DNA of 40,740 nucleotides from Saprospiraceae bacterium (GTDB lineage: Bacteria > Bacteroidota > Bacteroidia > Chitinophagales > Saprospiraceae). The stretch is from NCBI GenBank assembly GCA_014379065.1, contig JACMMM010000675.1:1-40740 (forward strand), given 5' to 3'. Below the pieces are notes generated by a model. That model was given only the letters and a program-made list of their open reading frames with translations, had not been told where the DNA came from and searched no databases. Below, one piece after another: positions 8,078 to 17,149 of the stretch; the first letter of the stretch is position 1; every line of letters starts with the position of its first letter. A program made the position numbers and the translations under genes.

Positions 8078-8204
8078 ATAGTTTACGCACTGCGTAAACT
8101 ATGAAGAAATTGTGGCTTTGATTTATTGAGTAGGTACAGCGCACCGCAACCTCGTATCGAAGGTTACTTTCCTAATAATTAGACGCACTGCGTCAATTAT
8201 TGGA
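8078..8204. repeat. Two ACGCACTGCGT-centred palindromes and a degenerate inverted A
   Basis: Perfect ATAGTTTACGCA-C-TGCGTAAACTAT at 8078-8102; imperfect second copy at 8169-8204; AGGTACAGCGCACCG at 8132. Confidence 0.7.
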
Positions 8205-8253
8205 ATCCGGAAGATTGGTACCTAGCAAACCACTATAAATTGCTTTCAAAACA

Positions 8254-8292
8254 AAACTGGCTGCCCAAGCATTCCGCTCGAACAGCCAGTTA
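8254..8292 (-). terminator. Probable terminator after aconitase
   Basis: AACTGGCTG...CAGCCAGTT inverted repeat with a T-tract on the minus strand. Confidence 0.6.
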
Positions 8293-8296
8293 AAAT

Positions 8297-8366
8297 CGTC
8301 ATTGGGTCATTTATCGTTATTGGGTCATTGAGAATGACGATAAATGACCCAATGACCTAAATGACG
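8297..8366. repeat. GTCATT/AATGAC short-repeat palindrome, second copy
   Basis: Arms at 8298-8321 and 8333-8356; same unit as 4222-4312; abuts the aconitase stop. Confidence 0.8.
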
Positions 8367-8368
8367 TC

Positions 8369-10642
8369 CTATTTCACCCCAAAATCCTTCCGAATCTTAT
8401 TCAACGCGCTCCCCGCATTCACCCACTCAATTTGAGCGTCATTATAGGTGTGGTTCACGTCAAATTTCTCGGTCGTGCCGTCTGAGTGCGAGAGCACGAT
8501 CTGAAGCGGCTTGCCGGGCGCGAATTTGTCGAATCCAAGAATGCTCACTTTGTCGTCCTGACGCACCTTATCGTAGTCTTCGATATTGGCGAAAGTGAGC
8601 GCCAACATCCCCTGCTTTTTCAAGTTGGTCTGGTGGATACGGGCGAATGATTTGACCACTACGGCTTTTACGCCAAGGTAGCGGGGTTCCATCGCGGCGT
8701 GTTCGCGGCTGCTGCCTTCGCCGAGGTTTTCCTCGCCAAAGATGATGGTGCCGATGCCTTTTTTCTGATAGAGTCGAGCCGAAGCGGGGACTTCCATGAA
8801 CTGGCCGTTCTCGGTGTTCAGCACTTTATTGCGCTCTCCGTTGAAGGCGTTTTCAGCCCCGATGTAGCAGTTGTTGGAAATGTTCTCCAAGTGACCGCGG
8901 TACTTGAGCCAAGGGCCAGCCATCGAAATATGGTCGGTGGTACATTTGCCTTTGGCTTTGATGAGCACACGCATGTCGCTCAACTCGCTGTTCGTGATGG
9001 GCTTGAACGGCTTGAGCAATTGTAGCCGGTTGCTGTCTTTGGCGACGGCAATTTTGATCGCGCCTTTGGCTGGAGCGATATATCCTGCGTCTCCTACGGC
9101 GAATCCTGCCTTGGGCAATTCAATACCTTTCGGCGCTGCCAGTTTAACTTGCTCCCCTTTTTTATTGGTTAAAGTTCCTTTTTTAGGGTTGAAAGTCAAG
9201 TCCCCCGCAATGGCAAAAGCAGTCACGATTTCTGGCGAGGCCACAAACGCATGGGTGTTTGCATTGCCGTCATTGCGCTTGGAAAAGTTGCGGTTGTACG
9301 AGGTCATGATGGAATTCGGGCGGTTCTCGTCGTCAATGTGCCGCGCCCATTGTCCGATGCAAGGGCCGCAAGCATTGGCGAGTACCATGCCGCCGATTTT
9401 TTCAAAATCGCTCAAAAGCCCGTCGCGCTCGGCGGTGAAGCGGATTTGCTCCGAGCCAGGCGTGATAGTAAATTCCGACTTGACTTCAATGCCTTGTTCA
9501 TACGCCTGACGCGCAACGGAAGCCGCACGCGTGAGATCTTCATAACTTGAGTTGGTGCAGGATCCAATGAGGCCAACTTCCAGTTTAGCCGGGTAATTGT
9601 TCTTCTTGACGGCTGCGGCGAACTTTGACAAGGGCCAAGCCAGATCTGGCGTGAACGGCCCGTTGATGTGCGGCTCGAGTTTGCTCAAATCAATCTCGAT
9701 CACTTGATCGAAGTATTTTTCCGGGTTGGCGTAGCACTCGGCATCGCCGGTGAGGTAGTCGGCCACCTTGTTGCACATCGAAGCCACTTTGCTGCGGCCG
9801 GTGGCTTTGAGGTAACGCGCCATGCTTTTGTCGTAGCCAAAAGTCGAGGTCGTGGCGCCGATTTCTGCGCCCATGTTGCAGATCGTGCCTTTTCCGGTAG
9901 CGCTCATGCTTTGTGCGCCGGGGCCAAAATATTCAACGATGGCACCCGTGCCGCCTTTTACAGTCAGGATGCCAGCTACTTTCAAAATCACGTCTTTGGG
10001 CGAAGACCAGCCGCGCAATTTGCCGGTGAGTTTCACGCCAATGAGTTTGGGCATTTGAAGTTCCCAAGCCATGCCGCTCATCGCGTCCACAGCATCTGCA
10101 CCGCCTACGCCGATGGCGACCATTCCGAGGCCGCCAGCGTTGACGGTATGGGAGTCCGTACCGATCATCATACCGCCCGGGAAGGCGTAGTTTTCGAGCA
10201 CAATTTGGTGAATGATGCCAGCGCCGGGTTTCCAGAATCCGATGCCGTATTTCTGAGAAACGGTGCTGAGGAAGTCAAAAACTTCTTTGTTTTTGTCCAA
10301 AGCCACCGCCATGTCCTTTACTGCGCCAACCTCGGCGGTAATCAGGTGATCGCAGTGAACAGTGCTGGGCACGGCGACCTTTTTGCGTCCGCAGGTCATA
10401 AATTGCAACAAGGCCATTTGGGCCGTTGCGTCCTGCATGGCTACACGGTCTACTTGGAAAAACACGTAATCACCACCGCGCTTGTAGTCCGTGAGCGGGT
10501 TATCGGGGTGAAGGTGAGCAAAAAGGATTTTTTCGGAAAGCGTGAGCGGGCGTTGCAGTTTGGTTTTGGCGGCGTCCACGCGGGAGGGGAGGGAGGCGTA
10601 GAACGCCTTGAGCATTTTAAGGTCGAATATAGTCGAGGCCAT
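8369..10642 (-). CDS. acnA: Aconitate hydratase (mitochondrial-type)
   Basis: [41 protein letters not shown] and GSSREHAA motifs; start MASTIF at 10642; TACATTTG promoter at 10670-10677. Confidence 0.96.
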   Translation of the reverse strand: MASTIFDLKMLKAFYASLPSRVDAAKTKLQRPLTLSEKILFAHLHPDNPLTDYKRGGDYVFFQVDRVAMQDATAQMALLQFMTCGRKKVAVPSTVHCDHLITAEVGAVKDMAVALDKNKEVFDFLSTVSQKYGIGFWKPGAGIIHQIVLENYAFPGGMMIGTDSHTVNAGGLGMVAIGVGGADAVDAMSGMAWELQMPKLIGVKLTGKLRGWSSPKDVILKVAGILTVKGGTGAIVEYFGPGAQSMSATGKGTICNMGAEIGATTSTFGYDKSMARYLKATGRSKVASMCNKVADYLTGDAECYANPEKYFDQVIEIDLSKLEPHINGPFTPDLAWPLSKFAAAVKKNNYPAKLEVGLIGSCTNSSYEDLTRAASVARQAYEQGIEVKSEFTITPGSEQIRFTAERDGLLSDFEKIGGMVLANACGPCIGQWARHIDDENRPNSIMTSYNRNFSKRNDGNANTHAFVASPEIVTAFAIAGDLTFNPKKGTLTNKKGEQVKLAAPKGIELPKAGFAVGDAGYIAPAKGAIKIAVAKDSNRLQLLKPFKPITNSELSDMRVLIKAKGKCTTDHISMAGPWLKYRGHLENISNNCYIGAENAFNGERNKVLNTENGQFMEVPASARLYQKKGIGTIIFGEENLGEGSSREHAAMEPRYLGVKAVVVKSFARIHQTNLKKQGMLALTFANIEDYDKVRQDDKVSILGFDKFAPGKPLQIVLSHSDGTTEKFDVNHTYNDAQIEWVNAGSALNKIRKDFGVK

Positions 10643-10777
10643 TTCTTGTGTTTTTGTCAAAAAAGTGCGCAAATGTAGATGTTTCGCGGCAAAAAAGGAA
10701 CGAGTGATGAAGGAAAAAGTTCGGGAACTTGTAATGTTTCGCATCATCTTGCGACTAATCTTTTTAAACAAAACTCT

Positions 10778-11323
10778 GTGGCTTTACCCGACGCAGCATT
10801 CGTTCAGTTATTGGTTCAACATCAGAACATCGTGCACAAAATCTGCCGGGCATATTGCCCATTGGTGGAAGACCAGCGCGACCTTTCTCAGGAAATCGCG
10901 CTTCAACTCTGGCGGGCCTATCCCAATTTTCGGAACGAGGCAAAAGAAAGCACTTGGATTTACCGCCTTCGTACCAATTTTTTTGCGCTCAAAAACCTGA
11001 ACAAAGGCATTTCCATGCATCAACCGCTTCGTCTGATGCTTAAGGAGTCCATCCAGTTTTGGCAATTAGGCCTGAAGGTTTACTTCTGGGGCGGAGTATT
11101 GTTGTTGCCCATTGTGTTTATGGCTGCAAGGTTGTGGCGGCAACAAACCATCGGCACTGACAGCCTCCAGTTTTTTACAGGCAGTACTCCCGTAGTTATG
11201 TTCAAGGCAGCGCTTGCCTGGGTATCTGTTTCAGCTTTGGTTTGGGTTTTAATCAAGTTTTCCTACGGGAAATATGTAGACAAACTGAAAACATGCCTCA
11301 ACGAAATGGACGCGGTGGTATGA
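10778..11323 (+). pseudogene. In-frame fusion of ECF sigma region 2 to the C-terminal TM part of a membrane protein (probable deletion remnant)
   Basis: HQNIVHKICRAY...DLSQEIALQLWRAYPNFR...STWIYR is ECF region 2. It is followed directly by two TM helices and YGKYVDKLKTCLNEM. No region 4. The GTG start is inferred. Confidence 0.65.
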
Positions 11324-11336
11324 ACTGGCTCATGGT

Positions 11337-12119
11337 TCACTTCCTACGAAAAACATTTTCATCGGTTCGAATAGATGGAATGGTCAATTTGTCCTGTTCA
11401 ATATAATAGTGCCCATATTCCCGTGCATTGCCATTAACCCTATCTGTATAAAGCATTCCGCCTCCCGTACACCAAACTGTATAACTCAGGGATAATTCAT
11501 GCTCAGGTCGCTTTCCCCAAATGCGTTCCAATTTATCATCTCGGCTAAACATCATCATATTGCCGTCCGCATGAACGGAGAGATACATTGCCACACCTAC
11601 ATTTTCCCAGATGCCTATTAGGTTTGGGTCAAAATTGCAGGGGACTTGCAAGTTAGAGTCTGTTGCCTTTATGAAGGTGGAAGAGAGTGCAAACTTTTGT
11701 TTGTAATGCTCCATCCTTAGTAAATCGATTTTTTCTGGCCAGGACGATTTCCGCAATGTCACGGTTGTTCTTTCCGGGACAACTGCACTGGGGAATTGTT
11801 TAATTTCTTGTTCTGTCAAGCGGATTGAATCGCTGGCTGGATTCCCTGAAATGGTGAACCCAAAGGAGGGCTCGGCAAAAGTTTTCAAGCCGACAAAGCC
11901 AAATTTTACCTTACTGGCCGTAGTTTGGCTGTCAATTTGTACAAGGGCTACAGAATAACATTCCTTATCGTATACCAGATAGCCTTGCCAAGCATTCTTT
12001 CCAACAGATTCGATCTGAAGCGAAACCATATTACCATAGATCACCCCGGTGAAATATTGGGCGAAAAGTGGTTTTGACAACGCAAAGACAATGGTCAGGG
12101 CAATGAAAAATTTGGACAT
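11337..12119 (-). CDS. Secreted hypothetical protein
   Basis: MSKFFIALTIVFALSKPLFA|Q signal peptide with the +1 Gln typical of Bacteroidota. Confidence 0.7.
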   Translation of the reverse strand: MSKFFIALTIVFALSKPLFAQYFTGVIYGNMVSLQIESVGKNAWQGYLVYDKECYSVALVQIDSQTTASKVKFGFVGLKTFAEPSFGFTISGNPASDSIRLTEQEIKQFPSAVVPERTTVTLRKSSWPEKIDLLRMEHYKQKFALSSTFIKATDSNLQVPCNFDPNLIGIWENVGVAMYLSVHADGNMMMFSRDDKLERIWGKRPEHELSLSYTVWCTGGGMLYTDRVNGNAREYGHYYIEQDKLTIPSIRTDENVFRRK

Positions 12120-12143
12120 GGCGGACACAGCAGTTAGGTTTTT

Positions 12144-12307
12144 CGTAAACGTGTTGTCTTTCTGCGCAATCTTCACCCGCTGGCGGTAGAGTGTTTTGCC
12201 GTATTTTTTGTCGCCTTCCGGCTTAGAAAAAGCACCAATTTCTATACAGTCATTACAGGCACTTCGGTCTCTTTACCGAGTTCGTCGGCTTTGAGTTTGC
12301 GGCATTC
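12144..12307 (-). repeat. Diverged, frameshifted 164-bp copy of 17249-17413 (near the 3' end of the ABC/M1 gene)
   Basis: Hand alignment gives 13 substitutions (10 synonymous in the peptidase frame) and one 1-bp deletion. Confidence 0.93.
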
Positions 12308-12317
12308 ACCTAAGTTG

Positions 12318-13913
12318 TTATTTGTTCCTAGCCACCCTAAAGCCTATAGAAGTTTGTTTGATTTCGGGGCTAAAAAAATTGCGGCAAAAGACGGTACAGC
12401 GTTTTTCCCGGTAGCTATATGCTCCGCCTCGAATAACCTTTGTGGTGCCTAAAAGCGGGCCTGGAACATTTTTAGCAGGGGTTCGGCTAGAAAAACCATC
12501 ATAATAATCTGCATGATACCAATCCCAGCACCACTCCATAACATTCCCGCTCATATCATATAACCCTAATTGATTTTTGTTTTTTAAAGAGCCCGTAGGC
12601 AATGTACGCAACCGGGCTTTATCGGCCTCAATGTTAATAAGCCCCACATCATAATTGACTGTTTCTTTAGTAATCACGTTATGCCCGTTGCCAAATTTTA
12701 CATCTTTGCCTCCTCCTCTTGCCGCATATTCCCATTCAGCTTCGGTAGGTAGCCGATAGCCATTTGCACCTGGATTTGTGGTTACTACGTTGTATTCATC
12801 TATTTTATACACTTCAGCAAATCCATCCTTTTTACTTCTCCAGTTGCAATAGTTGATGGCATCAAGCCAACTGATATTCATGACAGGACGATCACCTCGC
12901 CCCCAACCTTCATCTGGTGGTTTTGGATAATGCGTCTCCGAACAAAATGCATCATACTCCTTAAATTTCAATTCTTTTACTCCAATATAGAAGTCGGCAA
13001 CTTGTGCAGGATGAGGCGTTTCGTCTTTTTTTTCTCTATTTTTTTCTTTCTCAAATGTATTGCCCATTTCGAAAGACCCTCCAGATACCAAAGTCATCTG
13101 CGGCTTGGATTTGATTACAAGGGTATTAATCATGTCAATTGCATCCTTTTTATACCGGCAAGGCCATTGACAGGAATTAAGGTATTTTTGAATAGAGTCT
13201 AAATCTTCATAAGGGTTGACTGATAGCCAATGCAATTCATCCCTTTTTATCTGGTTTATTAGATTTGTTTTCCTGTCCAATGCCTTTCGCTTATATATGC
13301 ATAAACATATTGGGCCACAATATGGTGGATTGCAATATTTTAGATATTCTGAATCAATTTTATTAGGGTCATTTGTATTTTCTACGGATTTCCATCTGTT
13401 TAAATCAATACTGATTAGATTGTTAAGGGTGTCAATTCTTGCCAAGGCTTGCTTTGAATAGGCACAATTGGTTTCTTGTTTGCATTTATCAAGGTATTCC
13501 GATTGTATGTATGCCGGGTCAATGGATTTTTTTACTTTATTCCAAAGTTGTTCATCAAGCTCTGGGTTGGAGGGAAATTGATTTCTTTGATCCTCTCCTT
13601 TGAAATCATCCTTTTTATCATCATGATTCGGAATATATTTCTCAATTTCTTTTTGCGTTTCTTTAATTTTTAACTCCAAGCTATGGCAATCATCCTTGTT
13701 GATGGCAAGTTTATCCGGATTTGTGCAGCAACTTGAAGATAATCCATCCTTATATACCCTAAGAGCGGATTGTAATTTGCTTATTTTCTTGTCCCGAACG
13801 CCCATTTGATATAGGCTATCCCCATTGTTTAAAAAAGGATAGCAACATGGTTTACCCTGAGCGGATAACAATACAGGGAACACGAACAGAAATAGGTAGA
13901 AAAAATGTCTCAT
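12318..13913 (-). CDS. Secreted FGE-sulfatase (SUMF1/EgtB/PvdO-type fold) domain protein with Cys-rich helical repeats
   Basis: Signal peptide; GGSFEMG, RPVMNISW, YRLPTEAEWEYAARGG, GLYDMSGNVMEWCWD, VIRGG and IGFRVAR motifs. Confidence 0.92.
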   Translation of the reverse strand: MRHFFYLFLFVFPVLLSAQGKPCCYPFLNNGDSLYQMGVRDKKISKLQSALRVYKDGLSSSCCTNPDKLAINKDDCHSLELKIKETQKEIEKYIPNHDDKKDDFKGEDQRNQFPSNPELDEQLWNKVKKSIDPAYIQSEYLDKCKQETNCAYSKQALARIDTLNNLISIDLNRWKSVENTNDPNKIDSEYLKYCNPPYCGPICLCIYKRKALDRKTNLINQIKRDELHWLSVNPYEDLDSIQKYLNSCQWPCRYKKDAIDMINTLVIKSKPQMTLVSGGSFEMGNTFEKEKNREKKDETPHPAQVADFYIGVKELKFKEYDAFCSETHYPKPPDEGWGRGDRPVMNISWLDAINYCNWRSKKDGFAEVYKIDEYNVVTTNPGANGYRLPTEAEWEYAARGGGKDVKFGNGHNVITKETVNYDVGLINIEADKARLRTLPTGSLKNKNQLGLYDMSGNVMEWCWDWYHADYYDGFSSRTPAKNVPGPLLGTTKVIRGGAYSYREKRCTVFCRNFFSPEIKQTSIGFRVARNK

Positions 13914-13926
13914 TAATCAAGAATTG

Positions 13927-15348
13927 TTATTTTTTATAGTATTCATAAAGGTTTTTATAAAAAGTGGAATCCTTTGGATGATATATTATAGAAACCATAA
14001 TGTCTCCAAAAATATCCTCATAAGAATAAGAATGCTTAGCCCATTCAGCATAAGTATCAACCCGATCTTGGCGATACTCTAATCTTTTTATAGATTCATT
14101 AGCTTCACCTTTATAAGCACCGTTTGGGAACGCGCTATTGAAATTTTTCCAAACCGGAAGCGTGTCTAGCCGTCGTGCCTCTTGGATGGCCATGTCTTCT
14201 TTTTTTGATATAGGATTAGGTTTGGGGGGAATAATGCAAGTAATAAAAATCAGGAAGGCTAATGCAATTACAGCATAGGAAATCAATTTCCCGTGCCTCT
14301 CCCAAACATCAGACAATATTTGGTATATATTTGGGAGGCTGGGAGGTGCCTTAGTATTAGTTGAGTTTTTGTGGTTATTGGATGTTGTCGGAACTTCTTT
14401 TTGTATAGGCTTCTGCGACGTTCTCTGGCGACCCGACTGACTAGGTTTTATTTTATTTTTGATTTCTTTTTCGAGTACTTGAACAGGAGGTGCTGGAATC
14501 GGATTTATATCCGCTATGTTTTCAAGTTTTGCAATTTCCAATCCACATTCGGAAATTCGACTTTCCACTAAAACGCGATCTACTTCAAACCCTGACTCCC
14601 AATTTTCATGCGCCTTTTCATACATTTTTATGGCTTGGCTCCAATTTCTTTGATCCCTAAAGTCCTCAGCCACCTTCATTGAAGAAAGAAACATACTTTT
14701 CCTACTTTCAAATTGTCGCGCCTCATTTTCCTTGGCGATCTGCTCCTGGCATAGTATGATCTTTTGGTTAATCTCTTCTTTTTCAGGTTTCAAATCCAGT
14801 TGCCAGAAAGCGAGTGCAGATGTAAATTTCGAAAGCGATCCTTCCCATTGTTGCGTATTAAACAGATCATCGGCATCTTTAATTAGCCCTTCAAACGCTT
14901 TCTTGTTGCGGCGTTTTTTGGCAACCAGCTCAATTTGTTCTGTAACCTCGTATACCGCATCATCTAAATTCTTTTGCCTCATAGGTATCCCGTCTGTAGG
15001 CAAATATTTTATAGGTTTTAAAGGCGTATGCTCCAGACTACATGGGCCGATTTTAACGGGTATAACAATTGCCTCACCGTCTATATGCCTTTGGACAGCT
15101 TTGTCCATATAATCCGAATAAAAATAATCAGAACCTAAGGCATCTGTACTGACCAACAAAACAATTATTTCAGCACGTAAAAGTTGAGCGTTTAATATAT
15201 CCAAAGTTACATCTCCAGGGAGTATGTCATTCTCATCCCCTATTACAATAATTCCAGTCTTAGCCAAGGGAGTCAACCCTTTTCTAAGTTTATCCCTGAC
15301 CACTTTATCTTCGACTACACTAGCCAGAAGAACATTAATTGGCTTCAT
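13927..15348 (-). CDS. TIR-domain protein with TPR-like helices and one TM segment
   Basis: N-terminal bacterial TIR pattern (ILPG...AEIIVLLVSTD...SDY...VIPV...P...LPTDG), two TPR-like units, a Pro/Lys linker and TM LISYAVIALAFLIFITCII. Confidence 0.8.
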   Translation of the reverse strand: MKPINVLLASVVEDKVVRDKLRKGLTPLAKTGIIVIGDENDILPGDVTLDILNAQLLRAEIIVLLVSTDALGSDYFYSDYMDKAVQRHIDGEAIVIPVKIGPCSLEHTPLKPIKYLPTDGIPMRQKNLDDAVYEVTEQIELVAKKRRNKKAFEGLIKDADDLFNTQQWEGSLSKFTSALAFWQLDLKPEKEEINQKIILCQEQIAKENEARQFESRKSMFLSSMKVAEDFRDQRNWSQAIKMYEKAHENWESGFEVDRVLVESRISECGLEIAKLENIADINPIPAPPVQVLEKEIKNKIKPSQSGRQRTSQKPIQKEVPTTSNNHKNSTNTKAPPSLPNIYQILSDVWERHGKLISYAVIALAFLIFITCIIPPKPNPISKKEDMAIQEARRLDTLPVWKNFNSAFPNGAYKGEANESIKRLEYRQDRVDTYAEWAKHSYSYEDIFGDIMVSIIYHPKDSTFYKNLYEYYKK

Positions 15349-15373
15349 TTGCACTCTAAAGCTACGTTTTTAA

Positions 15374-15422
15374 CAAAGGTAGACATATTTGTTAAAATGC
15401 TGCTAGAAACATTTTATCTTTG
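15374..15422. promoter_or_regulatory. Back-to-back -7 promoter boxes
   Basis: TACCTTTG on - (15374-15381) and TATCTTTG on + (15415-15422) between the divergent genes. Confidence 0.7.
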
Positions 15423-15476
15423 TCCCTGAATCACAAGATACCATCCTATACCTCACCCTATAACTTTTAGAATGTA

Positions 15477-17045
15477 ATGAAAAAACTCCTTACGTCCTCT
15501 TTTCGAATCACAATTCGAACCTTGGTTTTGCTGCTTGGCCTTTTGTCTTTTGAATGCCAAGGGCTAACACAGTCTTTGCCTGACAGTTTAACTTTTGTTC
15601 CCCAACCGGAAGCGTCCTTTTTTAAAGCATTTTTTGTTGATTTGACATCAGGCCCGGTTTACAGAAAAGAGAAACGAGCCATTAGAAAGTTCTTAAGAGA
15701 TGCTGATGATGAAAAACTTGAAGCTTATATACATCGGCTTGAAGTGGATGGAGAAGACAAAGAAATTATGTTGAGGAATTTCCCTTTTGTGTATTACGTT
15801 TTATTAAATTCATGGTATCGCTGTGCTAACCAGAAGCATTACAATAAAGATCTCGCTTATCGCTATGGTTCCATAGCAGCAGAATATGGCAGACAGAATA
15901 CATTTAGTGAGGACGATGCTGTTTTAGTGCGCAAGGTTACTAAATTCGCTAAAAAGTATGAAAGTGTATGTTTGCCTTATGGAAAAATAAAAAAACCTAG
16001 AGAGCTAGTTGTTTTCATGGCAGAAGAGCGACACAAATATATCTTAGAAAAAACGACTGCGGTTAAAGAAGTTGGTGAAGATAGTGAAAAAATAAGAGTG
16101 AAGTTGGAACCTCTCGAAAAAAAGTCACTCCAACTTGCGAAGGAGATTGCTGATTTAGAAAAACAATTAATCAGTACTAAATCAGAAATTAGAGGTCTTT
16201 CAATGCAAAACTATGAGGATGCTTTAAAGGACATTGATGCCTTGATCAAAAAAAACGAGATTAGTCGTGGAAGCGGTAATGTAACACTTGACACGACTTT
16301 GGCAGGAGGGGCCAGGTTCATAAACAGTTCTGAAATTACAAGTGACACGATTAGTTCCACGATATATAATACCGGGTATAAGAAAGGGGTTTTTTGCTCG
16401 CCAGAAATTCGATCTGCCACTAATAAGATCGTTTCAACTATCTTTAAAATAGCAGATTTCCAGAAGAAAACGGAAAGAGTTTCACCTGACTATTTAAAAA
16501 AAATACAATTTAATGTCACCATAACAGGAAAAGCAGACGGAGATAAAGTAAAGCGTAGAAATGGGGTTTGTACTTTGAAAAATAATGATTCATCTCCAAT
16601 AACAGGGGAATATTATACTGGAGGGGATATCGAGTTTAGAAACCCAATTAAAGTAAATATTGCACCTGGCGGTCCTATTTGCGACGAAGAACTGGCATTT
16701 TTGCGCGCTCATTGTGCCTATTCAGAATTAAAGATAATTTTACCAGAATTCGGAATCCCCGCTTCCAATATAAATCCAAAGATTATCGTAAGGGTATACG
16801 ACGAAATAGGCCCGGAGTACCGCGGGATTGATTTAGAATTTAATGTGGACAAGCTGTTCGTTCATTTAAGAAACGAGATTGACAAGAAATATGCTGAGAA
16901 GCAAATAGTTGATGAAAAAATCGCAGATTTAAGGCGTCAACTGCAAGAAAATGCAGAAAAAATTACCGATATCAAAAAACCCTGGGTTAAAGAAGACAAA
17001 ATTATAAAAGAGAAACTTGAGGAAATAAAATTATATAAAGCATGA
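15477..17045 (+). CDS. Secreted coiled-coil protein with a degenerate OmpA-like domain
   Basis: Signal peptide; two coiled coils flank VTITGKADG...LAFLRA...GIPASNI...YRGIDL, which echoes OmpA_C GHTD/LS-x-x-RA/NRRVEI. Confidence 0.6.
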   Translation: MKKLLTSSFRITIRTLVLLLGLLSFECQGLTQSLPDSLTFVPQPEASFFKAFFVDLTSGPVYRKEKRAIRKFLRDADDEKLEAYIHRLEVDGEDKEIMLRNFPFVYYVLLNSWYRCANQKHYNKDLAYRYGSIAAEYGRQNTFSEDDAVLVRKVTKFAKKYESVCLPYGKIKKPRELVVFMAEERHKYILEKTTAVKEVGEDSEKIRVKLEPLEKKSLQLAKEIADLEKQLISTKSEIRGLSMQNYEDALKDIDALIKKNEISRGSGNVTLDTTLAGGARFINSSEITSDTISSTIYNTGYKKGVFCSPEIRSATNKIVSTIFKIADFQKKTERVSPDYLKKIQFNVTITGKADGDKVKRRNGVCTLKNNDSSPITGEYYTGGDIEFRNPIKVNIAPGGPICDEELAFLRAHCAYSELKIILPEFGIPASNINPKIIVRVYDEIGPEYRGIDLEFNVDKLFVHLRNEIDKKYAEKQIVDEKIADLRRQLQENAEKITDIKKPWVKEDKIIKEKLEEIKLYKA

Positions 17046-17062
17046 TAGCTGGGTAAAAAAAT

Positions 17063-17110
17063 CTGAAAAAAAACTGCCAACCGGGATAAACTCAGTTGGC
17101 AGTTTTTCAG
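17063..17110. terminator. Bidirectional intrinsic terminator
   Basis: AAAAACTGCCAAC...GTTGGCAGTTTTT between convergent genes. Confidence 0.88.
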
Positions 17111-17149
17111 GCTTGTGCGGTGAATCTCATTTAGGGAGGTCAAATTTAC

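Noticed and set aside
6779..8104. ORFs 6779-7060, 6878-7138, 7128-7535, 7184-7441 and 7883-8104
   Set aside because: These are translations of REP palindromes (RCYAP/RCVAP) or of the tnpA antisense strand.
8699..10678. Long antisense ORFs over aconitase (also 17693-19015 and 31130-31792)
   Set aside because: They are shadow ORFs of GC-rich coding genes and show no motifs.
12120..12176. N-terminal extension MKIAQKDNTFT of ORF 11337-12176
   Set aside because: It derives from the duplicated peptidase fragment; the signal peptide starts at ATG 12119.
12144..12450. DGR template/variable repeat pair at the FGE gene 3' end
   Set aside because: The adjacent repeat matches the peptidase gene rather than the FGE C-terminus. 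Mismatches are synonymous-biased rather than adenine-specific, and there is no reverse transcriptase in the window. A remote DGR is not excluded.
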